Assembly: GCF_009914755.1 (NCBI RefSeq)
Contig: NC_060928.1
DNA: 64,000 bases
Strand: one strand, 5' to 3'
From: the human T2T-CHM13v2.0 reference genome, Homo sapiens
Of the stretch, positions 27,700 to 42,010 are shown piece by piece. Every line of letters begins with the position of its first letter. The stretch's first letter is position 1. Made by a program: the position numbers and the translations under genes. The notes under the pieces are model-generated. The model was not told the origin of the DNA, ran no database searches, and worked only from the letters and a program-made list of their open reading frames with translations.

Positions 27700-30600
27700 A
27701 TAATGAATAAATCTTAGCGAAAACCTGGTGTAATCATTACCCAGATTAAAAAATAGAATATTACCAGCAGTGTAAAATCTCCTTGGGACTGTAAACGTAT
27801 CAGTTATATCCCTCTTCCACTACTCTAGAGGTAACTGCTAATCTGATTTATGGTAATCATTCTTAGCCTTTCTTTATAGAACTACTCTCTATGTGTACAT
27901 GTGAATATAATATAGTTTAGATTTCAGTGTTTTAATTTTATGTAAATGGCAACATATTGAGGCATTGTGTTTTGCCCAGTATATTTTAATTTTTTTCATT
28001 TTATTGATTATAGCTATAGTCATTGTCACTGGTATATACAATACATTGAACAAATAAAGCATAATTTACATATTTATTTTGCAATTGATAGACATTTGAG
28101 CTGTCACTAATTTTGAGCTATTCTCAAAAGTTCTGCTAAAAACATATTTTTATTTCTATTATTGCATAAAAGGAAAGTACTTACTTAAGTCTGCCAAATT
28201 TTTTGACTGGGTTGTTTTTATTTTTCTTACTGATTTGTAGTTTTTTTTCTATATTAAGATGAGTCATTTTTTGGTCAGTTATATATACACAGCAAATATT
28301 TTCTCCCATTTTGTGGCTGTATTTTCAATTTTGCCACTGCATCTTCTGATAAATAGAATAATTAATTCCAATGCAATGAAATGTATGTCTTTTCTTTTAT
28401 GGTTAGTGCTTTTTTGTGTATTTTCCTGAAATAAGGTTATAAAGCTATTCTCCTATTTTTTGTAAAGTTTTAAAGATTTCCATTCCATATTTAAGTCAAT
28501 GGTTCATCTGGAATTAGCTTTCATATGTAGTGCTATGTAAGAGTCTAATTTATTTTTTTCCACTGGCTACCCAATGGTACCAGCAGCATTTATTGAAAAG
28601 ATCAATCATTACTCACTGCTCCGTTATACCATCTTTGTTTTATATCAAAGACCTATATATCTGTAAGTCAGTTTCAGAGCTCTCTATTCTTTTCTATTCA
28701 TCTATGTGGCATCAATGTGACTACCACTTGATTTGTCTACCTTGCACCAATTTGACTGTTCTAATTACTGTATCTTTGTTATGGGACTCTATAAATGGTA
28801 GAGTTATGTTATCCTTTCCTGTTTTTCTTCTTTAAAAATTACTAAGGATTTCTTGGTTTTGTGCAGTTTTATACAAAATTATAAAAAGCTTCTTGTATTC
28901 CACATACTGGATTGCCCAGTCAATCCAGTTTTCTTTATTTCAAGTTTTCTTTAACTTTTCAATAAAGTGTTATAATTATTCTCATACAAATAATGCACAT
29001 CTTTTATTATAATTATTTGTAGGTGCTTTTTTATGTTTCCGTAAATGGCATATTGCTACATTTTCTTTTTAATTATTTGTTGCATCAATAGAAATACAAT
29101 TGATTTCATAAACTTTATATACAGAGACCCTGATAAACTCTTTAATTCTAGTGGGTTTTTTTTTTTTGATAAGTTCTCATAAATACTGTACTTAAACAAT
29201 CATGTTTACATGGTGTCATTTGTTTGGGGAAATACCCGAGGTTCGTCATCTAGTGCTAAGGAAATTGAAGATGCAGCACACAAGGAGTGGGGTTAAAAGT
29301 AGAAAATTTAATAGGCGAAAGAAAGAAGAGAAAAGCTCCCCCACGTAAAGGAAGTGAGGTTCCAAAAAGGTCTTCCTTTTCATGGCAGGATGCAGTGGGC
29401 TTAATAGAGGGGCTTGAGGAAGTGGTGTCTGATTTATATAGAACGTAGTGGATTGGTTGGACTAGATGTGACATTTACATAGCTCACGAAGAGCCTGGCT
29501 GTCCCACCCTAATTTCTTATTATGCAAATGGGATCTTTACCTGGCTGGGGCCATGTTACCTGCACATGTGGCAAGAAAGAAAAGGGAAGACAAAACCTCC
29601 ATGTTGAATATACCTGGCTTCCAGATATCCCTTTTTTATTGGTACAATTGCAGGCATTTACCTATGCAAGCTTGCATATCTATGCTTGTGGCTTGATTTT
29701 TCAGGCCGCCCTAGAAAAAAAATGATTTGGGGGCTGCTTTTAATTAAAGGAAATTCCACCAAGAAATCTTTTATGCTCATTAACTGCCTAAACAATTTCT
29801 TTTTAACTCCTATATCAATGTCCTATAACATCTACAAATAATATCAATTTTGATTTTTTCTTTCCAATTCTTAATATATTCATTTTTCATGTTTTACAGC
29901 ATTAGCTAGGATATTTTGTACAAAGTTTTATAAAAGTAGAATTGTTGGGCAAGATTGTCTTATTGTTATTCTCACAAAATGCTAACATTTTACTATTATT
30001 CACGATGATTGCTACAGTTTTTGAAGCTGCTCTATTAGATTAGGAAAATCCTCTTATTGTTTTAGTTTTCTAAGCATTTTTATCAGCAATAAATATTAAA
30101 TGTGCAGAAGTGTTTTTTCTGCTTCAATGAGATTATCATATATTTTCTCTTTATTTTTCCATGTAATGAATTATGTCAATTGATTTTCTAGTGTAAAACC
30201 AACTTCACATTGATAATATAATCTCAATTTGATATAATAAAAGTATCATTTTAAACATTTTGCTGGCTTTTAAAAAATCTTTTTTCATAATGGGATTGGT
30301 CTATACCATTTTTCTTTTATAATATTGTTGTCAGGTTTTGGTTTCAACAATAAGCTAACTTTGTAACATAAGTTGGAAAATAAAACTTCTATTTTTATTC
30401 TCTAGAAGAGCTTATATAAAAGTGAATTTATTTATTAAATAAAATAAAATTTTGTATAACTTCCATGTGACACCTACTGGGCTGGAAATTTTTTGTGTGA
30501 GAAGATTATTAATGGCTGATTTAATTTCTTTTACAATTTAAGGCCTACCGAAGTTTTGTATTTCTGCTTGTGTCAGTTTTGATAGGCTATAGTTTTTAGA

Positions 30601-30860
30601 AATTTATTTACTTTACATAAATTTTTGGCATAAGGCTTTGGCATAAGGCAAAATTATTGGCATAAGGCTTTTCATAATATCTATTTATTATACTTATATT
30701 TTGGCACAATTTGCAGTAGTATTTCCTTTTTCATTTCTATTCACTTGTTTCTGCTCTCTTGATTAGTATCAGCAGAGGATTACCAACCTTATCATTACAC
30801 ATGGGTGTTCTTTGCACTATGTATTTCTTTTCCATTTCATTAGTTTTGCTTTTATTTTTA
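27700..30860 (-). mobile_element. Old L1 (L1ME/MC-like) remnants interrupted by an LTR
   Basis: T-rich degenerate antisense L1 motifs such as 'gcaaatattttctcccattttgtggc' and 'ccagcagcatttattgaaaaga'. Confidence 0.65.
29206..29817 (-). mobile_element. ERV1-class solo LTR (MER61-like; subfamily uncertain)
   Basis: Minus strand starts TGATATAGGAGTTAAAAAGAAATT; 4-bp TSD ATGT (29202-29205, 29818-29821); CCAAT, TATA and ATTAAA in LTR order. Confidence 0.8.
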
Positions 30861-30879
30861 TTATTTTCACCAATCTACT

Positions 30880-31085
30880 TTTTTATTTTTTAGTTCTAAG
30901 ACAGGGTTTTGCTCTGTCACCCAGGCTGGAGTGCAGTGGCGTGATCATGGTTCATTGCAGCCTTGACCTCCTGGGCTCAAGCAATCTTACCACCTCAGGA
31001 AGCTGGGGTGGTATGTGCTACCATACCTGGCTTACTTTTGTATTCTTTTGTAGAGACAGGATTTTGCCATATTATCCAGGCTGGG
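30880..31085 (-). mobile_element. AluJ, partial
   Basis: AluJ-type 'gatcatggttcattgcagccttgacctcctgggctcaagc'. Confidence 0.8.
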
Positions 31086-31653
31086 AAAGATACAGATATT
31101 TTATTTTCCTAATTATAATATTGATTTATTATCTAATTATATTAAACCCAGAGAAAATACACATTCAGATCTTTAGTTATTTTCAAAGGAAATGTTAGTG
31201 CAAGATATCAAGCACAATATGTGAATACTAAAGTTTTAACCAGATATCTAGATATGTTAAATTACAAGAAGATGGGAAAAATAACCATATGCAAATTTTC
31301 AAGTAAAATATCTATAATCTGTTTGATAAACCCTGTAAACCCTTTACCTATTCCATGACGTAAACAAAATCAAAGTATGTGTGCAGAGAGAGAGAGAATT
31401 ATTTGAGAAGAGGATGTCTTTGTAGAATATTGTTTCTGAATCCCATTCCCACCTCTTCCATCCCCAAGGAGAAGGGCTTGTCTGCTCCCTCAATTCAAAC
31501 CTACTTTAATATGTGATCCTTACAGTTGGAAGGCATAACGGCCTAGGATCTGACTCACTCCTGGGAAATCTAGAGAATTAAAGATAGCCGATAGCTGCCT
31601 AACTGCCTTGATGTAGGATCGGGAGAGTTGTTAACCATGTTGAGAATAAGCCT

Positions 31654-32648
31654 TGTGGGCGGCAAGCCATCCAGGCGCTGAGGCAAGAGACCGAGGGCAC
31701 GAACTTTTTCAGTATAATAAAATATATAAAACAACAAGAATTACACTAGATCTAGATCATAGACATGATTATATATGAATGTCATTAATCATTAGTTTGT
31801 AGCAATTACTCTTTATTCCAATATTATAATAATCCTCGCTCTATAATCATAACCTAGGGAAAACCAGGCCATACAGAGATAGCTGAAGGGAGATAGTGAG
31901 AAGTGACCAGAAGACAAGAGTGTGAGCCTTCTGTTATGCCCGGACAGGGCCACCGGAGGGCTCCTTGGTCTAGCGGTGACGCCAGCGTCTGGGAAGACGC
32001 CTTTTGCCAAGCGGACCATGGTCTAGCGGTAGAGTCAGTGCCAAGGAAAAACACCCGCTACTTAGCAGACTGAGAAAGGGAATCTCCCTTTTCCTGGGGG
32101 AGTTTAGAGAAGACCCTACTCCTCCACCTCTTGTGGAGGGCCTGACTGATGTCAGGCCTGCCTGCAGTTATCCAGAGGCCTAACCATCTCCCTGTGATGC
32201 TGTGCTTCAGTGGTCACACTCCTAGTCTGCTTTCATGTTCCATCCTATACACCTGGCTCTCCCTTTTAGATAGCAGTAGCAAAATTGGTGAAAGTACTAA
32301 AAGTCTCTGATATGCAGAAATAATGGCATAAGCTGTCTCTCTCTCTTTCTCTGCTTCGGCTGCCAGGCAGGGAAGGGCCCCCTGTCCAGTGGACATGTGA
32401 CCCACATGACCTTACCTATCATTGGAGATGGCTCACACTCCTTACCCTGCCCCTTTGTCTTGTATCCAGTAAATATCAGTGCAGCCTGGCATTCGGGGCC
32501 ACTACTGGTCTCCGCGTCTTGGTGGTAGTGGTCCCCGGGCCCAGCTGTCTTTTCTTTTATCTCTTTGTCTTGTGTCTTTATTTCTACAATCTCTCATCTC
32601 CACACACGGGGAGAAAAACTCACTGACCCTGTGGGGCTGGACCCTACA
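31654..32648 (+). mobile_element. LTR13 (ERVK-class) solo LTR
   Basis: Starts TGTGGGCGGCAAGCC and ends GGGGCTGGACCCTACA; 995 bp; exact 6-bp TSD AAGCCT. Confidence 0.9.
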
Positions 32649-35439
32649 AAGCCTGCACTGCTTGATGTTGCCAGGGAAAGAGGTATTGGACTGTTTCCTG
32701 TGGGCCAAATAAAAGGGAGAGAGAATGAGAGTGTGGGCTTAGGGTTATCCTGAATTCCATTCCTTAGCTCTGTCTGGAGAACTGGGAACATGAGGAAGCT
32801 CTTGGTTAACAAGGATGACCAGTGCTTTGGAAGGGGTAACCAGTGAACTCCCAGAATAGGGATTCACCCACATGAGGCAAGGAACTACAGAGGAGAGAGG
32901 CTGAAAAGTGCACTTTTGAGGAACCCTTGAAAATACACCATTCAGCAGTTGGGCTTTAACTATCTCCCAGACTGTGAGCACAGCTTACGGCGCCACATCA
33001 AGTAATGTCTTTCATTCATCCTCTCACTCGTCCCTTACTCTGCTCCCAGTACAGTTGGTCAGAAAGGAGCTTGAGAGAGGAAGCAGAAAAATAGAGACCT
33101 CTAAAAAAAGCCACTTTGTAGAATCCTACTCCACACTGGCATGACCTACAAGAGAGAAATTTTAATTATAATTTTGGATTATGTATTCTAATTTCTAATT
33201 GATACACTCTGAAAATTTAGTTGTCCACAAAACTGTCCATTTCTTAAAGGTGAGCAAAAAAGCCATAGGTTTCCAATAGTTTCATCAAAGATGAAAAGTT
33301 TATATTCACCAAATCAATATTAAAGAGATAGTGGGAAACAAAAATAAAATAGAATTTTAACTACATTTTATGATTTGTGGTTTCTATGTTTTTTAAATCA
33401 TTTTCTAAGTTTTATGCTTTCCTAAGACTATGAAACAAGAGTGGTAATCACTGCTAAGTTAATTATTTATAGTAACATTTTAATAAAAGCAATCATCTTT
33501 ATGAAAAATGGAAAGATTTGGCACCTAGAATGTGTCTTTAAAATTCTGAGATTGAGCTGGCAAGCCTAGTTAATTGTAGAAAAAGGCCCCCAGAACCCTA
33601 TCTTTTCGATATCCATTGAGTCACCACAAACATGGTGACAGCTTTGCAAATCGTATGCCTAATGCTTAGACAAAACCCTACAGCTACTATGAAATAGGTG
33701 ATGAGATTAACCCAAATGCCCATGGGTCATGCAGAGAGGTAAAAGAGGATAAGGTAGGGTTTAAACGCATATATGTTTGTAGAAAAAAGGGGCATTTCTC
33801 AATTTAAAGGGGTACTTATTACTCAGATCTAACTGAATAATATCATGAGGGGATATGAAGTCCAATTTGTCAAAAAAAAAACCCTGAAAATACAACTTTA
33901 TTTCTTTTATTGTTGTTATTGTTGTTTTGCAAAATTTCCTTATTTTAAAATATTTGTAAATATTTATACGGTCATAAAACACACCTGGTATGTTACATGT
34001 TTAGTGTGGCCAAACAACACAGACATTCAAGTTAGAGGTTAAGGGTTGCTAGCTTGTAAATTCTGGAAGATAGACTGCTAAATTCTTCTTGTAAGTTATC
34101 CTAATTCATTAAGTAACGGTAAGCTAATGAACCAGTTGACAAATTTCAGTCTGTTGTTTTTTGATACTAGAAGTGTGACTACCCTTCTAGCCTAGATTCA
34201 TAATATCATAGCTTCTGCATTTTTTTCATGCTCACAAATGCTAGTAATTTAATCCTCTATATATTCTTAAACTCTTCTTACAGTTAACAGTTCTCTGGGA
34301 ACCAGAAATATTTGTGTTTGGATTATCTAATGCATCTTGATCCCACTTGAAACTTTGAAGGGAATACCATAGTTGTTTCTCTAATAAAACTATTATTAAA
34401 TGTGGCTAAATTTCTTGAGTACCCTATAGGATAGAGGCCCAGGATCATTCAATGTTAATGAAAACATGAGGGACTTTAATAGTAGAAGTGAAAGCAATTG
34501 ATATGATTTTATAATGATTAGGAGATGAAGGGCGCCTCTTTGCGAGGAGATTGTCAAACAAAGCTGGAATTTAAGCCTGTATGCCTAGTGAGATTTCAGC
34601 ACTTTGACTAATATTTGTATTAACCAAATCTGTCCTTGGCCAAATTTATCTTAAACTAGTACAAGCAAAAAATAATAATAATAATTTAGATTAAATTTAT
34701 ACCAATATTTTCCCTGAAAGCCCTAGACTCTAACACTTTCCTAGAAAGGTAAACATCTCTGCTTACCTTGTGGGTATGGGACAGTGAAAAGAGCACACTG
34801 CACATTGAGTGGATGGAGGGAAGAAGGATTGGCAAGAGCTTTAATGGCAAGAAGGAAGAACTCCACTGGGTACTGGCCTTGTAAGAGTGGCTAGAGGGCC
34901 TGTGCAGAATACTCTTCCCAAATCCTTAGACCAATTAATGAGTTTCCCCATCTCCTCTTCCCAGCTTCCCAGCTGTCTTAGACAGTTTCTGTCTTTCTCC
35001 CAGCATCTGTCATTTCCTCAATCTCTTTTAACCTCATTTTTATTCTCAATCTTTTTTCCGGATGTTGGTTTCTGTCCCCACCCTCTCTCCAAGTCTTTTT
35101 TCTAGCCCCACGCCTAACAAATATCTCCCATTTGCATAAAAATGAGACCACATGGAAAAATGAAAAACATGTTTTTTTGTTGATGTGTACTATGAGAAAT
35201 AACTCTCATGACAGAGAATTGGCCTTTTACATGCAAAGTGGACACTTTCTAACATCCCTAACTGAAAAATCTCTAAAGGAAGTAAACATTAGGGAATAGA
35301 ATAAAACATCTTGCTGCAGAAGAAGCGTATCTAGTGATAACAGGATGAAAATGAAGCAAGATAACTTCAGGCAAAATGTATAAGAATTGTTTGTTACACA
35401 AAGGTTATGGAACTGTAGATCTGGAAGAAATCTTTCATA

Positions 35440-35600
35440 TCACTTGATTAAACCACACTCATTTTATAGACATGAAAATTAAAGCCTTGAGAGGTTAAAA
35501 ATTTTGCCTGCCTCAGTCACACAGCAAGCATGTGGCCCCTGGTAACTAACCCAAGTGCTCTTGGCTCAAAGGTTCAGTGTACTCTTCACCACTACAGTAT
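35440..35600 (-). mobile_element. MIR
   Basis: Core 'cattttatagacatgaaaattaaagcc..gagaggttaa'. Confidence 0.65.
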
Positions 35601-37194
35601 GCTGGCTTGTCACACCAGTCAGGGCTCAATGGGAAAAATATAAGAAAGTTGTTATATTGCCAAATATATTCTTTTTTTTAGTGAAAGTACCCTTTCTTTT
35701 ATGTAATATTCTAATGAATAGCATATGTATTATGGGGAAAGGATTCTGCATTTAACAAAGAACAAGGTGGTTTATCTCATGTCAATTGCACAAAGGGCGT
35801 TTGGATTATTTACTGATCTAGGAACAACTGAATTATGTGGTGCTTTTGCTTCTGCACAAGATTAGGATAAAGTTAATTACTCAACATACTGAATTAAGAC
35901 TTCAGAGTTGGAAAGGCAAACTATGTAATCAAAGTGCCTTTACAATTGAATTTTCATAATTTTACAGTCTATCCTAGTGGGGGTGGGGACTAATCTGATC
36001 TAAATGGTTCAGAATTACCTGATGAATTACAGACCACTAATTTTTGTATATGTGAGCAAGTAATAGGAATGACTTGGCACTTGTGTTCAGATATTCATGA
36101 CACTCTGGTATGATTTGAACAGTCACTATAATTCAAAGTTAAGTATTTTCTGCTATTTATACAATAGTAAGAGGGTAGGTCAACTTCATAAAGCAAATCA
36201 AATAAGTTTAGCCAACCAAACGAGTATTCCAAAATACACTTACTGCTTCCCCTCTACAGAGGCCAGGGATAAAAATAAATATTGCCCTCAAGTAACTGAA
36301 AACAAATCTAGGAATGCCTTGGGTATTTTCAACTCTTCTGACTTTTGAAGAAACAGAATTCTCCAAATTAAAGCAAGGGCTAGCTACGAAATATCACCTA
36401 TGTGCCCAAAAATAGGTCTTGGGAAACACACACAAAAATTGTCACTTAGAAATTGTCCTTGCTTCCTATATACAGTTAAGTTGTAACAAAACCTAATAAT
36501 AGATGTCTAAATGATTTTTTCTTCTCCTTTGTATACCTTAAGAATTTTAAACTTTAATTGATATAAAACTTGTACCCAACAAATGAGGCTGTCAAAAAAT
36601 GAAAAGGAAAGAGAAAAAATAAAAAGTTCACTGATCACATCATTTAATTATTCTAATCCCAATAATGCAATTAGTTAATAAATCTTTAAGTTAGTTCACT
36701 CTGTGCATTTAAAAAAGGTGAGTCCCACTTTTAAAAACTGGGTTTGCAGAGAGAGATAATTGGAGAATTCTCATGGTTGTTTAGAGTTGTCACAATGGCT
36801 TTGAGCTCATTAATGTAGGAGTGGCCTTTGTATCCTGGGGAGAGTGCCCAAGAACTCAACGCTTATGTTCTCACACTTGCTGAACACCCTAGGAGGGCGA
36901 TTTCACAGTTCATACCACAAAAAAGTATTTCTTTTCCCACTTCAGTTAAAAATAAATTCAATGTGTGATACAAATGGTTTTCCGTGTTTTGTGTGTGTGA
37001 TTTTTATAACTGAAGCATTATTTCAACACATGGCCATTTGGATGTGAACAGCCATAAAAATTATGTAAAGGTATTATGGCTAAAATAGAAATGATACAAT
37101 GGCAGTTAAAGGCCCAACTAGTAAGGGAAAATTCTGAAATTTATGGAACGGTTTCCTATTTCTCTCTTGATTCTGTGAGTTAATGTTAACTTAT

Positions 37195-37425
37195 ACAATA
37201 ATAGCTAATGTTTTAGTAGTAATTTATGATGTGCACAGTATCTAAAATGGGTATTCCCATTGTCATGTAACACCAATACCATGTCAATATGTATCTTTCT
37301 TCTCATTTTTTACATGCAGAAACTGGGATTAAGAAAGATTTAATGTCTGGGCCAATTTGAACATACTTAGAAGCTAGACTCAAACTTAAGTTTTCACATT
37401 AAGACCGTGTTTCCTTCCACTAACA
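37195..37425 (-). mobile_element. MIR
   Basis: 'ataatagctaatgttttag...catttttttacatgcagaaactggg'. Confidence 0.6.
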
Positions 37426-37834
37426 TATTCAACCTCTCAGATTAAGCAACACTCAATACTTTATGAGAGTAGTAACAATATTTGAGGATGTTGACTATTT
37501 TCAGACTAAAAAGAGTTTTAATTAAATACAAACACAATTTTGCTTATTAATTTGAGTGATTAGTTTATAGATGAAGGTAAATAACATAAATCTGAAAGAT
37601 ATTTGAGAAAATACACCTGTTTGCATATAATGTATAAAATTGTGCCTGCATATATTGTAATTAAAATATTACTTGGCAGTCATCTTACAACAGTTCTATT
37701 GTGAAAAATTTTCAGATGCTCATTTTTCACTTTGCGAGAATTAACATTATAATTGTTTAAATATTTTCTGCTTCTGGATTGGAATCAACTTAGAAATAAA
37801 ATATTTCATCTACGGTGCAGGATATGAGTTCCAT

Positions 37835-38105
37835 TAACTCAGCAAAACTTTATATAACATTTATCTCATATCAGACGCTATTCTGGGTGCTTTCTGCATA
37901 TTACCTTGTGTGATTCTTCCAATATCCCTATGAGGTAATTCCTTGTAGAGATATTGCAAGAACCACATAAGGCAATCATCTCCATTTTACAGCTGAGGAA
38001 GCCAAAAGTTGAGTAACTTGTCCAAGTTTATACAGCTAGTAAGTGGCAGAGCTGGAACTTGAACTCAGACAATCTGTCTCCAGAAGCATTATAAACGTGA
38101 CACCA
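37835..38105 (-). mobile_element. MIR
   Basis: 'ccattttacagctgaggaagcc...gagtaacttgtccaag..agctagtaagtggcagagctgg'. Confidence 0.8.
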
Positions 38106-38499
38106 AGTGATTAATTCACTGATAGCTATTTCCTCTTTGTTTCTTTCCTTCTTCTCCAAGTCCCATATTAGCTTCACTGACATTTATAGCCAAGTACATG
38201 TTTTTTTCAACAAACATAACAATGACTGGTAGGCAAATGCCTACAACTCCTTCCAACCCATCCCCTAAGAATTAATTGAATCCAGAATATTAAGAAAACA
38301 TTATTGCTAGGTAAAAATTCATTTATGGCATTGTAGTCTTAGTTGTCAGTTTAGAAGGCTGAAGTTGCTGTGAGGCGGAGTAGTGACTTCTAAATTACTC
38401 GAGCGGTAAGTCTTTATCCTTATTCTTTTTCAGAAAACTCAACTTACTGAAGTGTCACTACATCAGAAGGTAGCTGAAGAGCAACAGTCCTTGCTTTGA

Positions 38500-38660
38500 T
38501 TTTAAGCCACACCAGCCTTGTGTAACTTTATACTATTTCCAAGCATCTGTTTCTTAATCAGTAAGATGGGATAAAGCTGGCCTTGAAATTTGTGATGGAA
38601 GTAATGTGTGTAAAGTGCCTGGCACAATAAATGGTAGATGTTAGTAGATGTTGTGACAAT
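38500..38660 (+). mobile_element. MIR
   Basis: 'tttcttaatcagtaagatggg...gtgtaaagtgcctggcacaataa'. Confidence 0.65.
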
Positions 38661-39074
38661 ACTTCTTTGGGTTAACTTGGACCGTTCCCAACTGTGATCT
38701 CCATTCTCTAGTCTTTGACACAACTAATACAGGTTTCAGCTAGAGTATGACTGATTCAATGGATTTAAAAAAACAGTTCACATTTCAGATGAGAAGTACA
38801 GAAAGAATAAAATCAATGACATCAACATTTTTTACTACTAACCTCACAGTATAATTCATTACTGCAAACAGGCAAATAATTGCCTTAGAACAGAATCTGT
38901 TTAGAATATTGTTAAGCTTATGTAACAAAAGATTGATCAAAGATATTTCATTTTCTTTGAAATGAAAAGGAAGAAGGGTAGTACATATTAATTAGAGTGT
39001 CAGAGAAACCAAAACTAATCTTTACTTAGATATACACTACCATCTAAACTAAAATGTTCTCATCAAGAAAAATA

Positions 39075-39485
39075 ATAAATCCTGGGTTTTCCTAAATAGC
39101 AGAGCCTGAAACAAGGGCTTCTGTTCAGACAGTTTATAAAAAAAAAAAATAGGAAGAGGAGAAAAGGACTAAAACAATGAAACTGGAGCAGGAATATAAG
39201 AGAAAAGCATTTATGTATTCAGTGACTCCATTCCCTCTTTTGTCAGGAGCTGTCTCATAGAATGCTAATGCTCCTGCACTTCTAGTTCAGGCATCTGATA
39301 ATGCCAGATTCTGAAATGCACCTTTATAACAGAATAGCACCAGAAAGAAAGCAGGATATATGCATTAAAGTGAGGCAAGCGGCTGTCAGGTTACACCCGT
39401 GCGTAGCTGGTTGCCATAGCAATGGCTGGAGTAAACGTGGCCAGAGAAGATGTAGGGAAAGACACAACAGGAATCTAATACTCAT
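39075..39485. mobile_element. Old MaLR (MLT1-like) LTR remnant
   Basis: 'gcagagcctgaaacaagggctt...agtttat' resembles MLT1 ends; degenerate. Confidence 0.4.
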
Positions 39486-39737
39486 ACGGTGACTTCTTCT
39501 ACTTTGGGACTAATTATGATTATCTCTACATATATCATTCTATAGGATATGAAACCTCTATTCAAGTTTTAAAAATCTATTTTTCTTATGGTTGCCCCAA
39601 ATTTGGGAACCATATAGTGCCCTTTCTAGATGTAATTGACACCACTAATGTTTCCCATGGTGTGCAATGGTACAAAAAGGATCTTGTTTGCTAACTGAGA
39701 GAGCTGCTTCTATCAGTCAAAAGGTACTGTTAGCCTA

Positions 39738-40203
<466 letters not shown>

Positions 40204-41119
40204 TTACTAAGAAAAAAAGAATGTGAGTAACTTGAATTAGATAATTATTCACAAGTTAAAATATTTGGCTGCAGCTTGAAATGTAACTTCACCAATGAAA
40301 AGGAAAGGATGGGCAGTTGTCTAGTAAATTCAAAGCTTTGTGAAACCCTTAAATATTCATTTTTTTCTTAGTTGTCTGGATAACTACAATTTTCAAGATA
40401 AAATTGCCAGAGAATTTGTTTCTGACAACTGTTATAAATCTTTTGAAAGTAGGAGTTCTAGAATGATCACTTCTACTTTTAGGTGGGGATTATTAAAAAT
40501 CAGCAGTGAAGAAAGAATGCAAAGAAATGGTTTGCAGACTAAATACTTTTCCATTTGGATTTGTTCTATATTGGTTTAGTCTTCCTACAATAGACTACCC
40601 ATTTCAGGTAAGAGATACTGGTGTGGATTAAGCTCAACAGAAGTACTTAGCAAAATTATCTACTCTGAAGCAACTCACGTTACCTGTAATGACGCATAAA
40701 GATGTATGATTTTTTTTAACTTTCCTCCAACTTCTATTTCTGTAAATTTCACTTGTAAAAAAGCCATTTTGTATTTTTGAGAAGTTGGTTGAGAATAAGG
40801 TAGCTCCTTGAATACTTTTAACTATAGGAATGTATCACATTGAGTATTTGATACCCAAAAATAAGTAGAGCTGGTTCTGTTTAGATATTCTTCCCCACAG
40901 TGGTTATAGTTTGAGAGCTGGCTAACCTTTGATAAGAATCCCTTTCCCTTATATTTGGTGCTCACTTTCATAACTGAAATCAAAATAATCGACTTTTTTC
41001 TATATTATGTTCTCTGATTCATACTTGTCCATAACTTTTTCATAAGGACAAGATAGTAAACTATTAGGTGATTGTCATAGGAAGAAATTAAAATATGAAA
41101 ATAATAAGAAGGCAACTAT

Positions 41120-42010
41120 TTCATTCAATTATCCATTCATTCAGACAACTATGTCCTTATTATGTGTTCAGAACTGTTGCTGAGCAATCTGTAACAAATA
41201 TAGCCCTTACTTTCAAGGCACTTATAATCTTGTAGAGAAATAAGACATTCATGCAAATAACTATGACAGAATTGGAAATAAGTACCTTAGGAGAGTTAGA
41301 TATACGGGCATCCAGAAGAAGGATAAATTGCTTCTCTATGTTATTAATGTTACAATGGGCAAGATTAAGAAATATTTGGATTCAGGACTAAAGAACATTC
41401 ACCTCTCAACATCACCTCTGGCTCCAGGGGCATACCGACTACGCATCAGACACTTTTAATTTACCATTGAACATCTCTACATAAATATCAGGATTACAAA
41501 ATCACCATGTCCAAAACCAAATACCGTTTTTCTCACTAAACCGTCTCCTCATATCTTTCCTAATCTCTGCTCCCAAGCCATTTTCCTATTTCTGGTATTA
41601 AAAAAAACTCTGTCTCTGCATTTCAGTCACATTCTCCTTCACTGCCAGTCAATGATATGTCAAATCACACACTTTCTACTTCCTTAAAGCTCTTCCTAGA
41701 CCCTTCTTTTCATTTTATTGACACACTCTCAGACTTGCAATGACAGTTGACCTAGTTTCCTTACCTTTTATTTCTCTTGACTCCAGTAGTCTAATCTATA
41801 TTCTGCTGACAGATTAGTCTTCCCATTTTATAGCCATGATCATATAATTCCCATACTCAAACCATTTACAGACTCAAACTAATTAACTATATGAGTCAAT
41901 ATTTCTCATCCTGGTATTCAATATCTCCTGAGGCTATATTCCAATCTTATTTCTCAGTACTTAACTATGCCCAAATTGTGACCTCTTTATGTTTCTAGAC
42001 TAGAATATAC
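41120..42010. mobile_element. L2 remnants (both orientations)
   Basis: 'cattcattcagacaactatg...ttcaaggcacttataatct' and 'aaatcaccatgtccaaaacca'. Confidence 0.55.

Noticed and set aside
30812-31198. 128-aa ORF with hydrophobic segments
   Set aside because: Derived from T-rich L1/Alu sequence; non-ATG start.
34528-34548. Possible CTCF site (GGGCGCCTCTTTGCGA)
   Set aside because: Several mismatches to the core motif.
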